Below, piece after piece: positions 10,866-23,130 of a stretch of 64,000 nt of DNA. The stretch comes from Macrostomum lignano (Eukaryota). Positions within the stretch are counted from its first letter, which is position 1. Each line of letters begins with the position of its first letter. The stretch lies in contig NIVC01001673.1 of assembly GCA_002269645.1 (NCBI GenBank), positions 124,001 to 188,000 of the forward strand, given 5' to 3'. The notes under the pieces are model-generated. The model was not told the origin of the DNA. It saw nothing but the letters and a program-made list of their open reading frames with translations, and ran no database searches. Both the position numbers and the translations under genes were made by a program.

Positions 10866-11595
10866 ATGCATTCTACTAGCCGGTGGTCGGATCGCAGAGC
10901 CAGCGGCGTGATGGTGCGGCAGTTGACGGCGCGGCGGCGCTCACGAAGACACACAAGCACGTGGTCGAGCTGTGTCTGCCTCCGCGTTGCATTCCGGCCG
11001 TGCGCATTCCTCCGCCTCCGCTTGCAGCCAACGAAGGTCGCGAGCCTGCCGGGTGGCTTGCGGAAGCAGGCGTTGGCCGACACCATGTCCTGCCTCTCCA
11101 GGAAGTCTTCCAGCGCTCCGGTTGCCGTTCTCGCGCGGTGTCACAAACAGCGGCTGCTTGGACCTCGCAAAACCGCATTCTGGTTTCCTGCCAGACAACT
11201 GTGTCATGCAGCGACGTCTCCTCCACCTGGGCTGAGAGCTGCTCGAAGAAGACTTGAGCCTTGTCAGGTCGGGTGGCAGGGGGCGCATACGCGCAGAACA
11301 GGCGAGCGTTTCGGCCGCGAAGCCGGACGTCGACCCGAAGCAGCCGGTCAGACAGGGAGGTGCAGCGACAGCCCTGCTGCAGCCTCGGTCCGATCAGCGC
11401 TCCAACTCCTCCACGGCCTCGGTGGTCCGCCGACGTGTACCAGAGTGTCCAGCTGGCGCCTAGGTAATCACAGTGAAGTCCCGGGTCGGCCCTCATTGAC
11501 ATCTCTTGAAGCGCAATGACATCGCAGCTTAGGTGGAGCGCTAGATGCACAAGCAGCCCTCTCCACCAGAGAGTGCGGCATTTCAGCGTTCCGAC
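10866..11595 (-). mobile_element. LINE (RTE-like) AP-endonuclease fragment, degenerate
   Basis: VGTLKCRTL, DVIALQEM, GRGGVG, FCAYAP and (shifted frame) LRSDHRLV motifs. No RT follows. Confidence 0.8.
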
Positions 11596-11739
11596 CCGAA
11601 GTGTTTATCTTTATCCAAACTTCATGAAAAAACTTTGAAATACACTAACACGAACTAAATAGTTGCAACTTTAGTGAAACCAGAGCAAAAAAGAGCATTG
11701 CATCTAATAGCCAACAGTTGAGTTTAGTGCGGGAAATCC

Positions 11740-12660
11740 CGAATGAATTCCCCAATGAATGAATTCAATGAATTCCGCATTGAATTCCGCATTGAATTCC
11801 GCATTGAATAGGCTTAAGAACTCAAGTTGAGTTTAGTGCGGGAAATCCCGCATTGATTTTCGCATTGAATTCCGCATTGAATAGGCTTAAGAACTCAAGT
11901 TGAGTTTAGTGCGGGAAATCCCGCATTGAGTTTCGCATTGAATTCCGCATTGAATTCCGCATTGAATTCCGCATTCAATCCCGCATTGATTTTCGCATTG
12001 AATTCCGCATTGAATTCCGCATTGAATTCCGCATTGAATAGGCTTAAGAACTCAAGTTGAGTTTAGTGCGGGAAATCCCGCATTGATTTTCGCATTGAAT
12101 TCCGCATTGAATTCCGCATTGAATTCCGCATTCAATCCCGCATTGATTTTCGCATTGAATTCCGCATTGAATTCCGCATTGAATTCCGCATTGAATAGGC
12201 TTAAGAACTCAAGTTGAGTTTAGTGCGGGAATCGCGCATTGATTCGCATTGAATTCCGCATTGAATTCCGCATTGAATTCCGCATTGAATTCCGCATTGA
12301 ATTCCGCATTGAATTCCGCATTGAATTCCGCATTGAATTCCGCATTGAATTCCGCATTGAATTCCGCATTGAATTCCGCATTGAATTCCGCATTGAATTC
12401 CGCATTGAATTCCGCATTGAATTCCGCATTGAATTCCGCATTGAATTCCGCATTGAATTCCGCATTGAATAGGCTTAAGAACTCAAGTTGAGTTTAGTGC
12501 GGGAAATCCCGCATTGAATTCCGCATTGAATTGGCTTAAGAATTTTAATTATCAATGAAGAAACAAAAAGATACGGTTAAGTTTGTTTAGAATGTATTCG
12601 TTAACGGTCGATTAGTTTTTCGTGGAAAATTCCGCATTGAATCCGCATTCAATTCCGCTT
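11740..12660. repeat. 12-bp satellite TTGAATTCCGCA punctuated by a recurring ~45-bp palindromic spacer
   Basis: A pure run at 12246-12468. Spacer ATAGGCTTAAGAACTCAAGTTGAGTTTAGTGCGGGAAATCCCGCA recurs about five times. Confidence 0.92.
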
Positions 12661-14612
12661 TGAAATGTGCAACACATCAACGCGGTATTTGACGCGGTTT
12701 TTACCGCGCGGAACCAAAGTCGCATACGAGACACAACAATTCTAACAATTTTTCAAACAAAGAAGTTGGTTTCGGCCAGTTCGTCGTACCCCTGAGGCTC
12801 CTCAGCAGCTCCCCCTCCCCCAAGTTGCTTGTTATTCTGCATCCTCTTTGATAAAGCTTGTCATGCGCCAGCGCATTGTCACTGATCATCGAAAAATTAA
12901 ACTGCTTTAACCGATTTGCGTAGTTTTATAACTGAAATCCTGCACTGGGAAATTTCCCCTGTAAATAAGCGACGTGACGTGAACCCTCAGAGAACAGATA
13001 TCGGTGCAGGAGGCGTGAAATGTGCATCGCCGACAATCGGCCGCAATCCGGGGAGCCCAGCTACTGACAGAAACCACTCCAGCGCCATTCCGTTGTACTC
13101 CAACTTCGCAGCTCACCCTGCGAGACGCTTGAGACTTTTCACCAGCACCAACCAGTATAGTCCACTCACCACATACTCGTATCGCAGCTCTGGCAACTCA
13201 CTCATGGTAAAGATGAAGATGAGGCAACAACCCTCAAGGGCTCAGAAGTTGCTCCTAGGCTAAAGAGAGCTTGAATAACTTTTTAAGCACACACAGGCTC
13301 CTAAGCCGCTTAATCTTCAGCTTTGAATAATCTCAATTTATTATTCTATCAATATACTTTGACGCTATTGATAAAAAATATTCTATTGAAGTTTATATAT
13401 TAAGTACTAGAGTCTATCAAATTCGCTTCACAATGCACCGGTCCTGACTGATTGCCATCTTCTCAGTACGCATGCAAAATACTGCGTCACTCTATGCCAC
13501 TGTATGTCACTGTATGTCACTGTATGTCACTGTGTGTCACTGTGTGTCACTGCCCGCTGGTATCCGTTGCCCCACGCCTGCAGTTCAAACTTCGAAGATG
13601 CGATTCGTGATGCCAAGCATCAGGTGCAGCTCTGGTGGAGGCAGAACGAACATAATTTCTTTTACAGAATCTTTTACAGAGCAGTAAAAGATCTGGGGGC
13701 ATGTCAATGCTTTGTCTTGTAGCCCGTTATGAAAATCAACAATTTTGTGTAGGGCGACAAAACACAGTGCCTGCGGCGCTAAAATGAGTGTCTGCGGCGC
13801 TAAAATGAGTGCGGACAATGCCGATTCTGAAAATAATGTACATGTAGAATTATTGGCTTTGTCCCCCCACCATAAAATCAATTTTTGTGAATTTTTGCGC
13901 AGGTTGCTGCGGGCAATCTTGCAGATCTGCATGGTCAGTTTGTCCGTAGTTGAGTCTGGACGGCAAAGGATGAGATGATGGGCCTCCAAGCGAAAAAACC
14001 ATTCGACGGCAGCCCTCGCAGACTCCAATGAAAATCATGCAAAACACGCCGCACTGACCAATAGTTCGGAAGGATGTGCTGCTCAGCAGTTGTTACGTCA
14101 TTCAGACGGCGCTCAGCCTTTCGCAGACAAATTAGACACACTCTGGAATTGTTTAATTCACTATCCCTGCTAGATAGGGCCTAGCTAGAATGCAGGTGCA
14201 TAAGCTGAGTTCCTTACTTCTCACATTTGTTCCCTCACTTTGAAGTTACTGACTGTACTTCGTCTCATAAACGATTGCACTTTTGAAGTGTAAAGTAAAG
14301 TATTAAAGCCATTTTGAAAAAAGTACTACTGAAGTAAAAGTGTTAAATTAGCCATACCATGACAAGACAAGCACTTGTGATTCTTTTAAAGTATGTCTTA
14401 GACAGCTGAGGCACTTTAGTTTCCAACGTAGGTAATCGTTTTCTTGAGCAATTATTTTGTCATTTGACCGTCGTATTTGATGTTCAAAGTCTCGCGATTT
14501 TGTATTTCAAAGAATAAAATACGAAGTACAATAGAAGTAGTGTTCCAAATAAGAAGCTCGATTGACTCCAGTTAATGGTGGGTTTTAATTATTTGGGTGA
14601 ACCGAAGGCTCG

Positions 14613-14980
14613 GTCTGTTGCAGGGAAAGGGTCGGTTGTGGGTTTGTGCTCAGTGGATCAGTCTATCAGTTTACGCAATTAGGTGTCTGTTGCAGGGAAA
14701 GAGTCGGTTGTGGGTTTGTGCTCAGTGGATCAGTCTATCAGTTTACGCAATTAGGTGTCTGTTGCAGGGAAAGGGTCGGTTGTGGGTTTGTGCTCAGTGG
14801 ATCAGTCTATCAGTTTACGCAATTAGGTGTCTGTTGCAGGGAAAGAGTCGGTTGTGGGTTTGTGCTCAGTGGATCAGTCTATCAGTTTACGCAATTAGGT
14901 GTCTGTTGCAGGGAAAGGGTCGGTTGTGGGTTTGTGCTCAGTGGATCAGTCTATCAGTTCAGGCAATGAGGTGTCTGTTG
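14613..14980. repeat. 72-bp tandem repeat, ~5 copies, with alternating variants (144-bp higher order)
   Basis: CTGTTGCAGGGAAAG at 14615, 14687, 14759 and onward; GGGTCG and GAGTCG alternate. Confidence 0.9.
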
Positions 14981-15028
14981 CTCGAATAAGAAGCTCGATT
15001 GACTCCAGTTTATGCTAGGTTCTAACTA

Positions 15029-16235
15029 CACCATTTTACCCTCGATTTTGAACAAGGAGAACTTCGAAACTGACAAACTCCTCTTCAATATTGACACTCT
15101 ATGGTCGGGCACTCAAAATCTACAATCAATATTGACAGATCAAGCTTCATTTTTGACAAACTCTGGTTCAATTTTGACAATGCACGTTTAGTCAACTTCT
15201 CCTGGGAGAATTCGGTAACAAAGTAATCCAATGAAAGCCTGAACGGGGTTGAAGTGAGCTGTGCAAAATCAGCTTATTCTGACTTTGCTTTTTGGATCCA
15301 CAAGTATTGATAAAATTTATTTTTCTCTATCCTTTACACACAGACTAAAATAGCCTGACTGGTTGGGCTGCAAAGTCTGATTCTATTTTGACAGAGTTGC
15401 TTTAAAACTGACACTCTATGGTTTGTGTACCCAAAAAGTCCGCTTCATTTTTGACAACTCCGAATCAATATTGAACAGTTAACAATCGATTTTGACTAAG
15501 ACATTTTTTGAAATAGATTTTAACAATTTTTACTAAGATTTCTCTCTTGAGGGGGGGTACTTGCTATTTGGGAGAAGGGGTACTGGCTGCATGTATCTAC
15601 GAGTACATGTATGGGGATATTTCTATCCAGGGATGCTTGCTACCTGGGTGGATGTTTGCTACCTGGATGATCTTGGGAGTACCCCTTCTCCCAAATAGCA
15701 AGTACCCCCCCCCTCAAGAGAGAAATCTTATTAAAAATTGTCAAAATCTATTTCAAAAAATGTCTTAGTCAAAATCGATTGTTAACTGTTCAATATTGAT
15801 TCGGAGTTGTCAAAAATGAAGCGGACTTTTTGGGTACACAAACCATAGAGTGTCAGTTTTGAAGCAACTCTGTCAAAATAGAATCAGACTTTGCAGCCCA
15901 ACCAGTCAGGCTATTTTAGTCTGTGTGTAAAGGATAGAGAAAAATAAATTTTATCAATACTTGTGGATCCAAAAAGCAAAGTCAGAATAAGCTGATTTTG
16001 CACAGCTCACTTCAGCCCCGTTCAGGCTTTCATTGGATTACTTTGTTACCGAATTCTCCCAGGAGAAGTTGACTAAACGTGCATTGTCAAAATTGAACCA
16101 GAGTTTGTCAAAAATGAAGCTTGATCTGTCAATATTGATTGTAGATTTTGAGTGCCCGACCATAGAGTGTCAATATTGAAGAGGAGTTTGTCAGTTTCGA
16201 AGTTCTCCTTGTTCAAAATCGAGGGTAAAATGGTG
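15029..16235. mobile_element. Non-autonomous foldback DNA transposon (MITE-like) with ~556-bp terminal inverted repeats and TA TSD
   Basis: 15029-15584 is the near-perfect reverse complement of 15678-16235 (CACCATTTTACCCTCG...CGAGGGTAAAATGGTG). TA flanks both ends. A paralogous empty site at ~14551-14630 has a single TA. Confidence 0.92.
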
Positions 16236-16774
16236 TATTTGGGTGAGCCGAAGGCTCAGTCTGTTGCAGGGAAAGGGTCGGTTGTCGATTTTTTTGATAA
16301 GTGGATCAGATTTCTATCGGTTTAGGCTATCGGTTTAGGTTATTTTGGAATATTCTATAAAGCCATCGTAAGATGAGGTCGTTCTCAGCTCCTATCTCCA
16401 CAGTGCAAAAGTTCCGACGTACGATCGAACGTATATAGTGCGACCTCAATATATGTTTCAATCAAAAGCAAACTATATTCAAAAACGAAGGAGCTGGGAG
16501 GTGAGGGATCGAGAGACGGAGGGCGAGCGGTCAAACGAGCTTCTTGCTTGATTTCAACATTGGTTTACAGTGCATTTTCAGTCTTTCGCGTTGGGGAATA
16601 ATTTAGAGGGTACATGGCTAGCTTTAATTGGTTGAGACTGGGGTCGTGTCCTCAGATTTTGCTTGTTGGAACGCATTGATTGGCTGGAAATACATTCGAA
16701 CTGGATGGAAAATTTTAGGTACTTTTAGATAGATAGACACACACCATTTTTTGTATATGCGAATTATCATTTCA

Positions 16775-17590
16775 TCCACAATTGCCTCTCCCACTTCCAA
16801 TTCCCCATTTCCCTCCCCAATTCCCTATGCCCCTTCCCGATTCCCTATTCCCGTCCCGATTCCCTCTGCCCCTCCCCAATTCCCTATTCCCCTTTCCGAT
16901 TCCCTATTCCTCTCCCCGATTCCCTATTTCCCTCCCCAATACCCTATTCCCCTCCCCGATTCCCTATTCCCCTCCCTGATTCCCTATTTCCCTCCCCGAT
17001 TCCCTATTCCCCTCCCTGATTCCCTATTTCCCTCCCCGATTCCCCATTCCCCTTCCCGATTCCCTATTCCCCTCCCCAATTCCCCATTCCCCTTCCCGAT
17101 TCCCCATGCCCCTCCCCAATACCCTATTCCCCTCCCCGATTCCCTATTCCCCTTCCCGATTCCCTATTCCTCTCCCCGATTCCCCATTCCCCTCCCCGAT
17201 TCCCCATTCCCTTTCCCGATTCCCTATTCCCCTCCCCGATTCCCAATTTCCCTCCCAATTCCCTCCCCTCCCCGATTCCCCATTCCCCTTCCCGATTCCC
17301 TATTCCCCTCCCGATTCCCCATTCCCCTTCCCGATTCCACATGCCCCTCCCCAATTCCCTATTCCCCTCCCCGATTCCCTATTTCCCTCCCCAATTCTCT
17401 ATTCCCCTTCCCGATTCCCTATTCCCCTCCCCAATTCCCCATTTCCCTCCCAGTTCCCTATTCCCCTCCCCAATTCTCTATTCCCCTATTCCCCTTCCCC
17501 TTCCCAATTCCCTATTCCCCTCCCCGATTCCCCATTCCCCTCCCCGATTCCCTCTTCATCTCCCAGATTCCCTATTCCTCTCATCGATTC
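16775..17590. repeat. C/T-rich minisatellite (CCCCGATTCCCTATTCCCCT-like); minus strand is G-run rich
   Basis: Visible low-complexity tandem units; G4-prone on the minus strand. Confidence 0.9.
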
Positions 17591-17849
17591 CCGTGCAGGC
17601 ATTTTTGGTTTGCCTTGCCTTTATTGGTGAATTGAAGGGTGCGAGTACCAGCTTAAAAAGTAAGGGAATAGAGAGGAGATTAACTACGATTATAACGCTA
17701 AGTAAGGACGTCTGCATCCTATTGCTTAAGTACAGTTAGTATGAGTAGTTAGGCAAGGTCACTTGAGCCTGCAGTTCATGCCAGTCAACATCATCAAACA
17801 CCTCTGATTCATTTTGCTCCGCCTGTCTGAACTGCGTATTGAAGAGGGA

Positions 17850-18150
17850 TGCTAACCGGCTGTCAGGGATGCTGAACGGCTGTCAGGGATGCTGACCGGC
17901 TGTCAGGGATGCTGACCGGCTGTCAGGGATGCTGACCGGTTGTCAGGGATGCTGACCGGCTGTCAGGGATGCTGACCGGCTGTCAGGGATGCTGACCGGC
18001 TGTCAGGGATGCTGAACGGCTGTCAGGGATGCTGACCGGCTGTCAGGGATGCTGACCGGCAGTCAGGGATGCTGACCGGCAGTCAGGGATGCTGACCGGC
18101 TGTCAGGGATGCAGTGGGTGTCAGGGATGCAGTGGGTGTCAGGTATGCAG
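17850..18150. repeat. 20-bp tandem repeat GGGATGCTGACCGGCTGTCA
   Basis: About 13 units with degenerate ends. Confidence 0.92.
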
Positions 18151-18589
18151 TGGAGGTCAGGTAAACGCATTTCGCACTTGGCCAAACCCCGATGAGACCC
18201 ACCTGTGCTGCAGTCCCTGCTGCCTCTTCTTGCTTGCCACTCCTGCGGGACTTGGCAGTCGGCGTGGCGCTCGCGAATGCCGAAGCTGTCTGTCGAGAGC
18301 CCAGCGCGAATTTCTCCGGCCTCTTGGAGCTTCATGGTCTGCTCAAGCCGCATCTATTGGAGCAGTTTGTACTCGGAGCTTTGCCAGCAGCTGCTGACAC
18401 GCCATGATTTCCAGCTCCGGTAAGGCGCATCTCCGTGACGCTTTTCGGTTCGGAGCCGTCGCCCAGGCTGCATATTCAGAAATGACGAGTGTTCCAGCTG
18501 CCTGCCGCCACTGCTGACTTTAGTTTACAATAAGATTAAAAAGATATAAACATTACCTTGATTAGGCAATGTGCTTCTCCATTTGCTAC

Positions 18590-20860
18590 CTGGCGTGCCA
18601 CCAGGTGTGCTGCCGGGGGTGCTGCCAGGTGTGCTGCCAGGTGTGCTGCCGGGTGTGCTGCCGGGTGCTGCTGGGTGCTGCCGGGTGCTGCCGGGTGCTG
18701 CCGGGTGCTGCCGGGTGCTGCCGGGTGCTGCCGGGTGCTGCCGGGTGCTGCCGGGTGCTGCCGGGTTGTCTACTAGGTTTCTCGGCCAGGTGTGTACCGG
18801 AAAATAAGAACTGGGGTGCACTGGTTAGTTTCTGTGATAGAATGTGAGACTGTTGGATTGAGAATAGTTTGTTTATTTGCAAATAAAATGAATTTTTAGC
18901 AGGGCCACAGCAACTAAGCATTTCATCACAGACTTTACACTAGTGGGGGACGTTGGTTACTCGTGAACCCCAAACACGAGGAAGGTTGCAAGCAGCCATC
19001 TTAACTTTAGCTAGCGTAAAGCTATGATGAAAGAGCTCAGTATTTGCGGCCCGATATTTTATATTGGTGTAAGTGAGCTATAAATAAAAGCAGACAGGTG
19101 AGGTGGGTAGGTAGGTAAGGTAAGGTAAGTAGACAGGTCGGTAGATAAATAGTTAGGCAGGTATATTTTCGGGTATTTAAATAGGTTCTAGGTAGTTAGG
19201 TAGGTAGGTAGGTAGGTAGGTAGGTAAAGTAGGTAAGGTAAAGTAGATAGGTAGGTTTGTAGGTAGGCAGACTGGTGGGCCAGCTCTCCAATTAGGAGTC
19301 TGAGGGATTCTGGGATGTGTGATGGAGCGGACAGCAGGTGGCTAGGCTGCTTTCTGCCCCATCAAGCATCGCCTGCTCTTTCCTTCGATCTCCGCTTCCC
19401 TCCATGACGAGAGGCGGAGAAAGTGAGGGAGAGTTTGTTAAGGACTTAGGACAGGTAAGAATCAGGTTTTTGTTTGGTTTGATTGCTACTGGGAAGGGAA
19501 ATTAGGAATTATGCAGTTTTCGGAGTGATTAAAGTCAGGGGAGTGGAACAGGTGGGTGGTTCTGGTTGCTGGATGGGTTAGATGGAGGCGGATGTGAGGA
19601 AGGATAAGTATTTTAGTAAAAGGAAAGAAGTTAAATACCTTGATTAGTTAGATTGCCTCTAGGTGTGTTGCCGGGTGCTGCCGGGTGCTGCCGGGTGCTG
19701 CCGGGTGCTGCCGGGTGCTGCCGGGTGCTGCCGGGTGCTGCCGGGTGCTGCCTGGTGCTGCCGGGTTGTCTACTAGGTTTCTCGGCCAGGTGTGTACCGG
19801 AAAATAAGAACTGGGGTGCACTGGTTAGTTTCTGTGATAGAATGTGAGACTGTTGGATTGAGAATAGTTTGTTTATTTGCAAATAAAATGAATTTTTAGC
19901 AGGGCCACAGCAACTAAGCATTTCATCACAGACTTTACACTAGTGGGGGACGTTGGTTACTCGTGAACCCCAAACACGAGGAAGGTTGCAAGCAGCCATC
20001 TTAACTTTAGCTAGCGTAAAGCTATGATGAAAGAGCTCAGTATTTGCGGCCCGATATTTTATATTGGTGTAAGTGAGCTATAAATAAAAGCAGACAGGTG
20101 AGGTGGGTAGGTAGGTAAGGTAAGGTAAGTAGACAGGTCGGTAGATAAATAGTTAGGCAGGTATATTTTCGGGTATTTAAATAGGTTCTAGGTAGCTAGG
20201 TAGGTAGGTAGGTAGGTAGGTAGGTAAAGTAGGTAAGGTAAAGTAGATAGGTAGGTTTGTAGGTAGGCAGACTGGTGGGCCAGCTCTCCAATTAGGAGTC
20301 TGAGGGATTCTGGGATGTGTGATGGAGCGGACAGCAGGTGGCTAGGCTGCTTTCTGCCCCATCAAGCATCGCCTGCTCTTTCCTTCGATCTCCGCTTCCC
20401 TCCATGACGAGAGGCGGAGAAAGTGAGGGAGAGTTTGTTAAGGACTTAGGACAGGTAAGAATCAGGTTTTTGTTTGGTTTGATTGCTACTGGGAAGGGAA
20501 ATTAGGAATTATGCAGTTTTCGGAGTGATTAAAGTCAGGGGAGTGGAACAGGTGGGTGGTTCTGGTTGCTGGATGGGTTAGATGGAGGCGGATGTGAGGA
20601 AGGATAAGTATTTTAGTAAAAGGAAAGAAGTTAAATACCTTGATTAGTTAGATTGCCTCTAGGTGTGTTGCCGGGTGCTGCCGGGTGCTGCCGGGTGCTG
20701 CCGGGTGCTGCCGGGTGCTGCCGGGTGCTGCCGGGTGCTGCCGGGTGCTGCCGGGTGCTGCCGGGTGCTGCCAGGTGCTGCCGGGTGCTGCCGGGTGCTG
20801 CCTGGTGCTGCCGGGTGCTGCTGGGTGCTGCCGGGTTGTCTACTAGGTTTCTCGGCCAGG
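18590..20860. repeat. Near-identical ~0.9-kb direct duplication bracketed by three (CCGGGTGCTG)n 10-bp arrays
   Basis: TACTAGGTTTCTCGGCCAGGTGTGTAC at 18771, 19771 and 20841. 18771-19660 matches 19771-20660 almost exactly. Confidence 0.92.
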
Positions 20861-21054
20861 TGTGTACTCTTTCCTCCATGGCGTTAAGTCTCTCTTATAG
20901 GCAAAATCCTATCAGGATCGAGGAGCCTGGGCCATAGACATCTCGGCTTAGGCGGCGGTTCAGCAGGCTGCGTGTAAACTGAAGTGCAACAAGCAACTTT
21001 GCTTCCCTGCGGATGACCTTTGGCTATGAAAATAGCCGAACCTCACTATTCTAG

Positions 21055-21690
21055 CTATGTAGCTCATGACCCCAGTCTAGCTCATGACCCCAGTCTAGCT
21101 CATGACCCTAGTATAGCTCATGACCCCAGTCTAGCTCATGACCCCAGTCTAGCTCATGACCCCAGTATAGCTCATGACCCCAGTCTAGCTCATGACCCCA
21201 GTATAGCTCATGACCCCAGTCTAGCTCATGACCCCAGTCTAGCTCATGACCCCAGTCTAGCTCATGACCCCAGTCTAGCTCATGATTCCAGTCTAGCTCA
21301 TGACCCTAGTCTAGCCCATGACCCCAGTCTAGCTCATGACCCCAGTCTAGCTCATGACCCCAGTCTAGCTCATGACCCCAGTCTAGCTCATGACCCCAGT
21401 CTAGCTCATGACCCCAGTCTAGCTCATGACCCCAGTCTAGCTCATGACCCCAGTCTAGCTCATGACCCCAGTCTAGCTCATGACCCCAGTCTAGCTCATG
21501 ACCCCAGTCTAGCTCATGACCCCAGTCTAGCTCATGACCCCAGTCTAGCTCATGACCCCAGTCTAGCTCATGACCCCAGTCTAGCTCATGACCCCAGTCT
21601 AGCTCATGACCCCAGTCTAGCTCATGACCCCAGTCTAGCTCATGACCCCAGTCTAGCTTATTACCCCAGTCTAGCTCATGACTCAGCTAT
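21055..21690. repeat. 18-bp tandem repeat CTAGCTCATGACCCCAGT
   Basis: About 35 near-identical units; the AHDPSL ORF is a by-product. Confidence 0.95.
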
Positions 21691-21774
21691 CGCCTAATCG
21701 CTTGGTATCGAGCTAAATTCGTGAATATGTACATGACTAAATTTCTATGTGTAAATTTTTTTCAGAATCCGTGT

Positions 21775-22345
21775 TTTCATTTTGGCGCCGCAAGCACTCA
21801 TTTTGGCGTTGCAAGCACTCATTTTAGCGCCGCAAGCACTCATTTTGGCGCCGCAAGCACTCACTCATTTTGGCGCCGCAAGCACTCACTCATTTTGGCG
21901 CCGCAAGCACTCATTTTGGCGCCGCAAGCACTCATTTTGGCGCCGCAAGCACTCACTCATTTTGGCGCCGCAAGCACTCACTCATTTTGGCGCCGCAAGC
22001 ACTCACTCATTTTGGCGCCGCAAGCACTCACTCATTTTGGCGCCGCAAGCACTCATTTTGGCGCCGCAAGCACTCATTTTGGCGCCGCAAGCACTCATTT
22101 TGGCGCCGCAAGCACTCATTTTGGCACCGCAAGCACTCATTTTGGCGCCGCAAGCACTCATTTTGGCGCCGCAAGCACTCATTTTGGCGCTGCAAGCACT
22201 CATTTTGGCGCCGCAAGCACTCATTTTGGCGCCGCAAGCACTTACTCATTTTGGCGCCGCAAGCACTCATTTTGGCGCCGCAAGCACTCATTTTGGCACC
22301 GCAAGCACTCATTTTGGCGCCGCAAGCACTAATTTTGGCGCCGGT
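21775..22345. repeat. 21-bp tandem repeat CATTTTGGCGCCGCAAGCACT
   Basis: About 26 units, some with a 4-bp CACT insertion. A related two-unit copy is in reverse orientation at ~13765-13812. Confidence 0.93.
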
Positions 22346-22704
22346 GTATTACAATTATTATTAGGCAATAATTGACTCGCCATTGTCTTTTTCAAATTGA
22401 TTTCAGCTTCCATCCCAGCTCATGGTTATTTCTGGTGTTCAAAACTCATTAAGAGCTGAATTTTTTATGATTTTTAACATTCCTAACATATTTATGGACT
22501 CAACTGTCGTTACATTTCGAAAAAAGATTCGAAGTATTATGAAGATATCTGCTGACCCAGCCTACACTACCTTAAGTAGTACAAAAGTTAGTTTGTAAAA
22601 TACGAGACCCCACAACATGGTGCCCAGAACCTTCCTGTGATCATTATTTTCTTTACGAGGATAAAAGCCAAGTTAAGTTTGGGGCCTCCTTGACACGAAA
22701 GTTT

Positions 22705-23130
22705 TGTTCTTTCTACATCTGATAGCAGGAGCATCAGAATCTTTCTACATCTGATAGCAGGAGCATCAGAATCTTTCTACATCTGATAGCAGGAGCATCC
22801 AGAATCTTTCTACATCTGATAGCAGGAGCATCCGGAATCTTTCTACATCTGATAGCAGGAGCATCAGAATCTTTCTACATCTGATAGCAGGAGCATCAGA
22901 ATCTTTCCACATCTGATAGCAGGAGCGTCCAGAATCTTTCCACATCTGATAGCAGGAGCATCCAGAATCTTTCCACATCTGATAGCAGGAGCATCCAGAA
23001 TCTTTCCACATCTGATAGCAGGAGCATCCAGAATCTTTCTACATCTGATAGCAGGAGCATCCAGAATCTTTCCACATCTGATAGCAGGAGCATCCAGAAT
23101 CTTTCCACATCTGATAGCAGGAGCATCCGG
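22705..23130. repeat. 32/33-bp tandem repeat TTTC(T/C)ACATCTGATAGCAGGAGCATC(C)AGAATC
   Basis: About 13 units. Confidence 0.92.

Noticed and set aside
11740-12530. CRISPR-like repeat/spacer look of the 12-bp satellite (also 18590-20860 and the 30-33-bp arrays)
   Set aside because: The spacers are identical rather than unique, there are no cas genes, and the context is intron-containing animal DNA.
12701-13263. Short ORFs on both strands in unique sequence
   Set aside because: No family motifs or consistent splice signals.
16751-17739. Proline-rich extensin-like ORFs
   Set aside because: Translation of a C/T-rich minisatellite, open in multiple frames.
18185-18430. GC-rich unique patch with exon-like ends (donor-like GTAAGG at ~18420)
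   Set aside because: No recognisable protein in any frame and no partner exons identified.
21020-22375. Repetitive ORFs (AHDPSL, FGAASTH, ILAPQAL) as structural or adhesive proteins
   Set aside because: Open in several frames, no signal peptide or splice context, and near-identical DNA units without synonymous variation.
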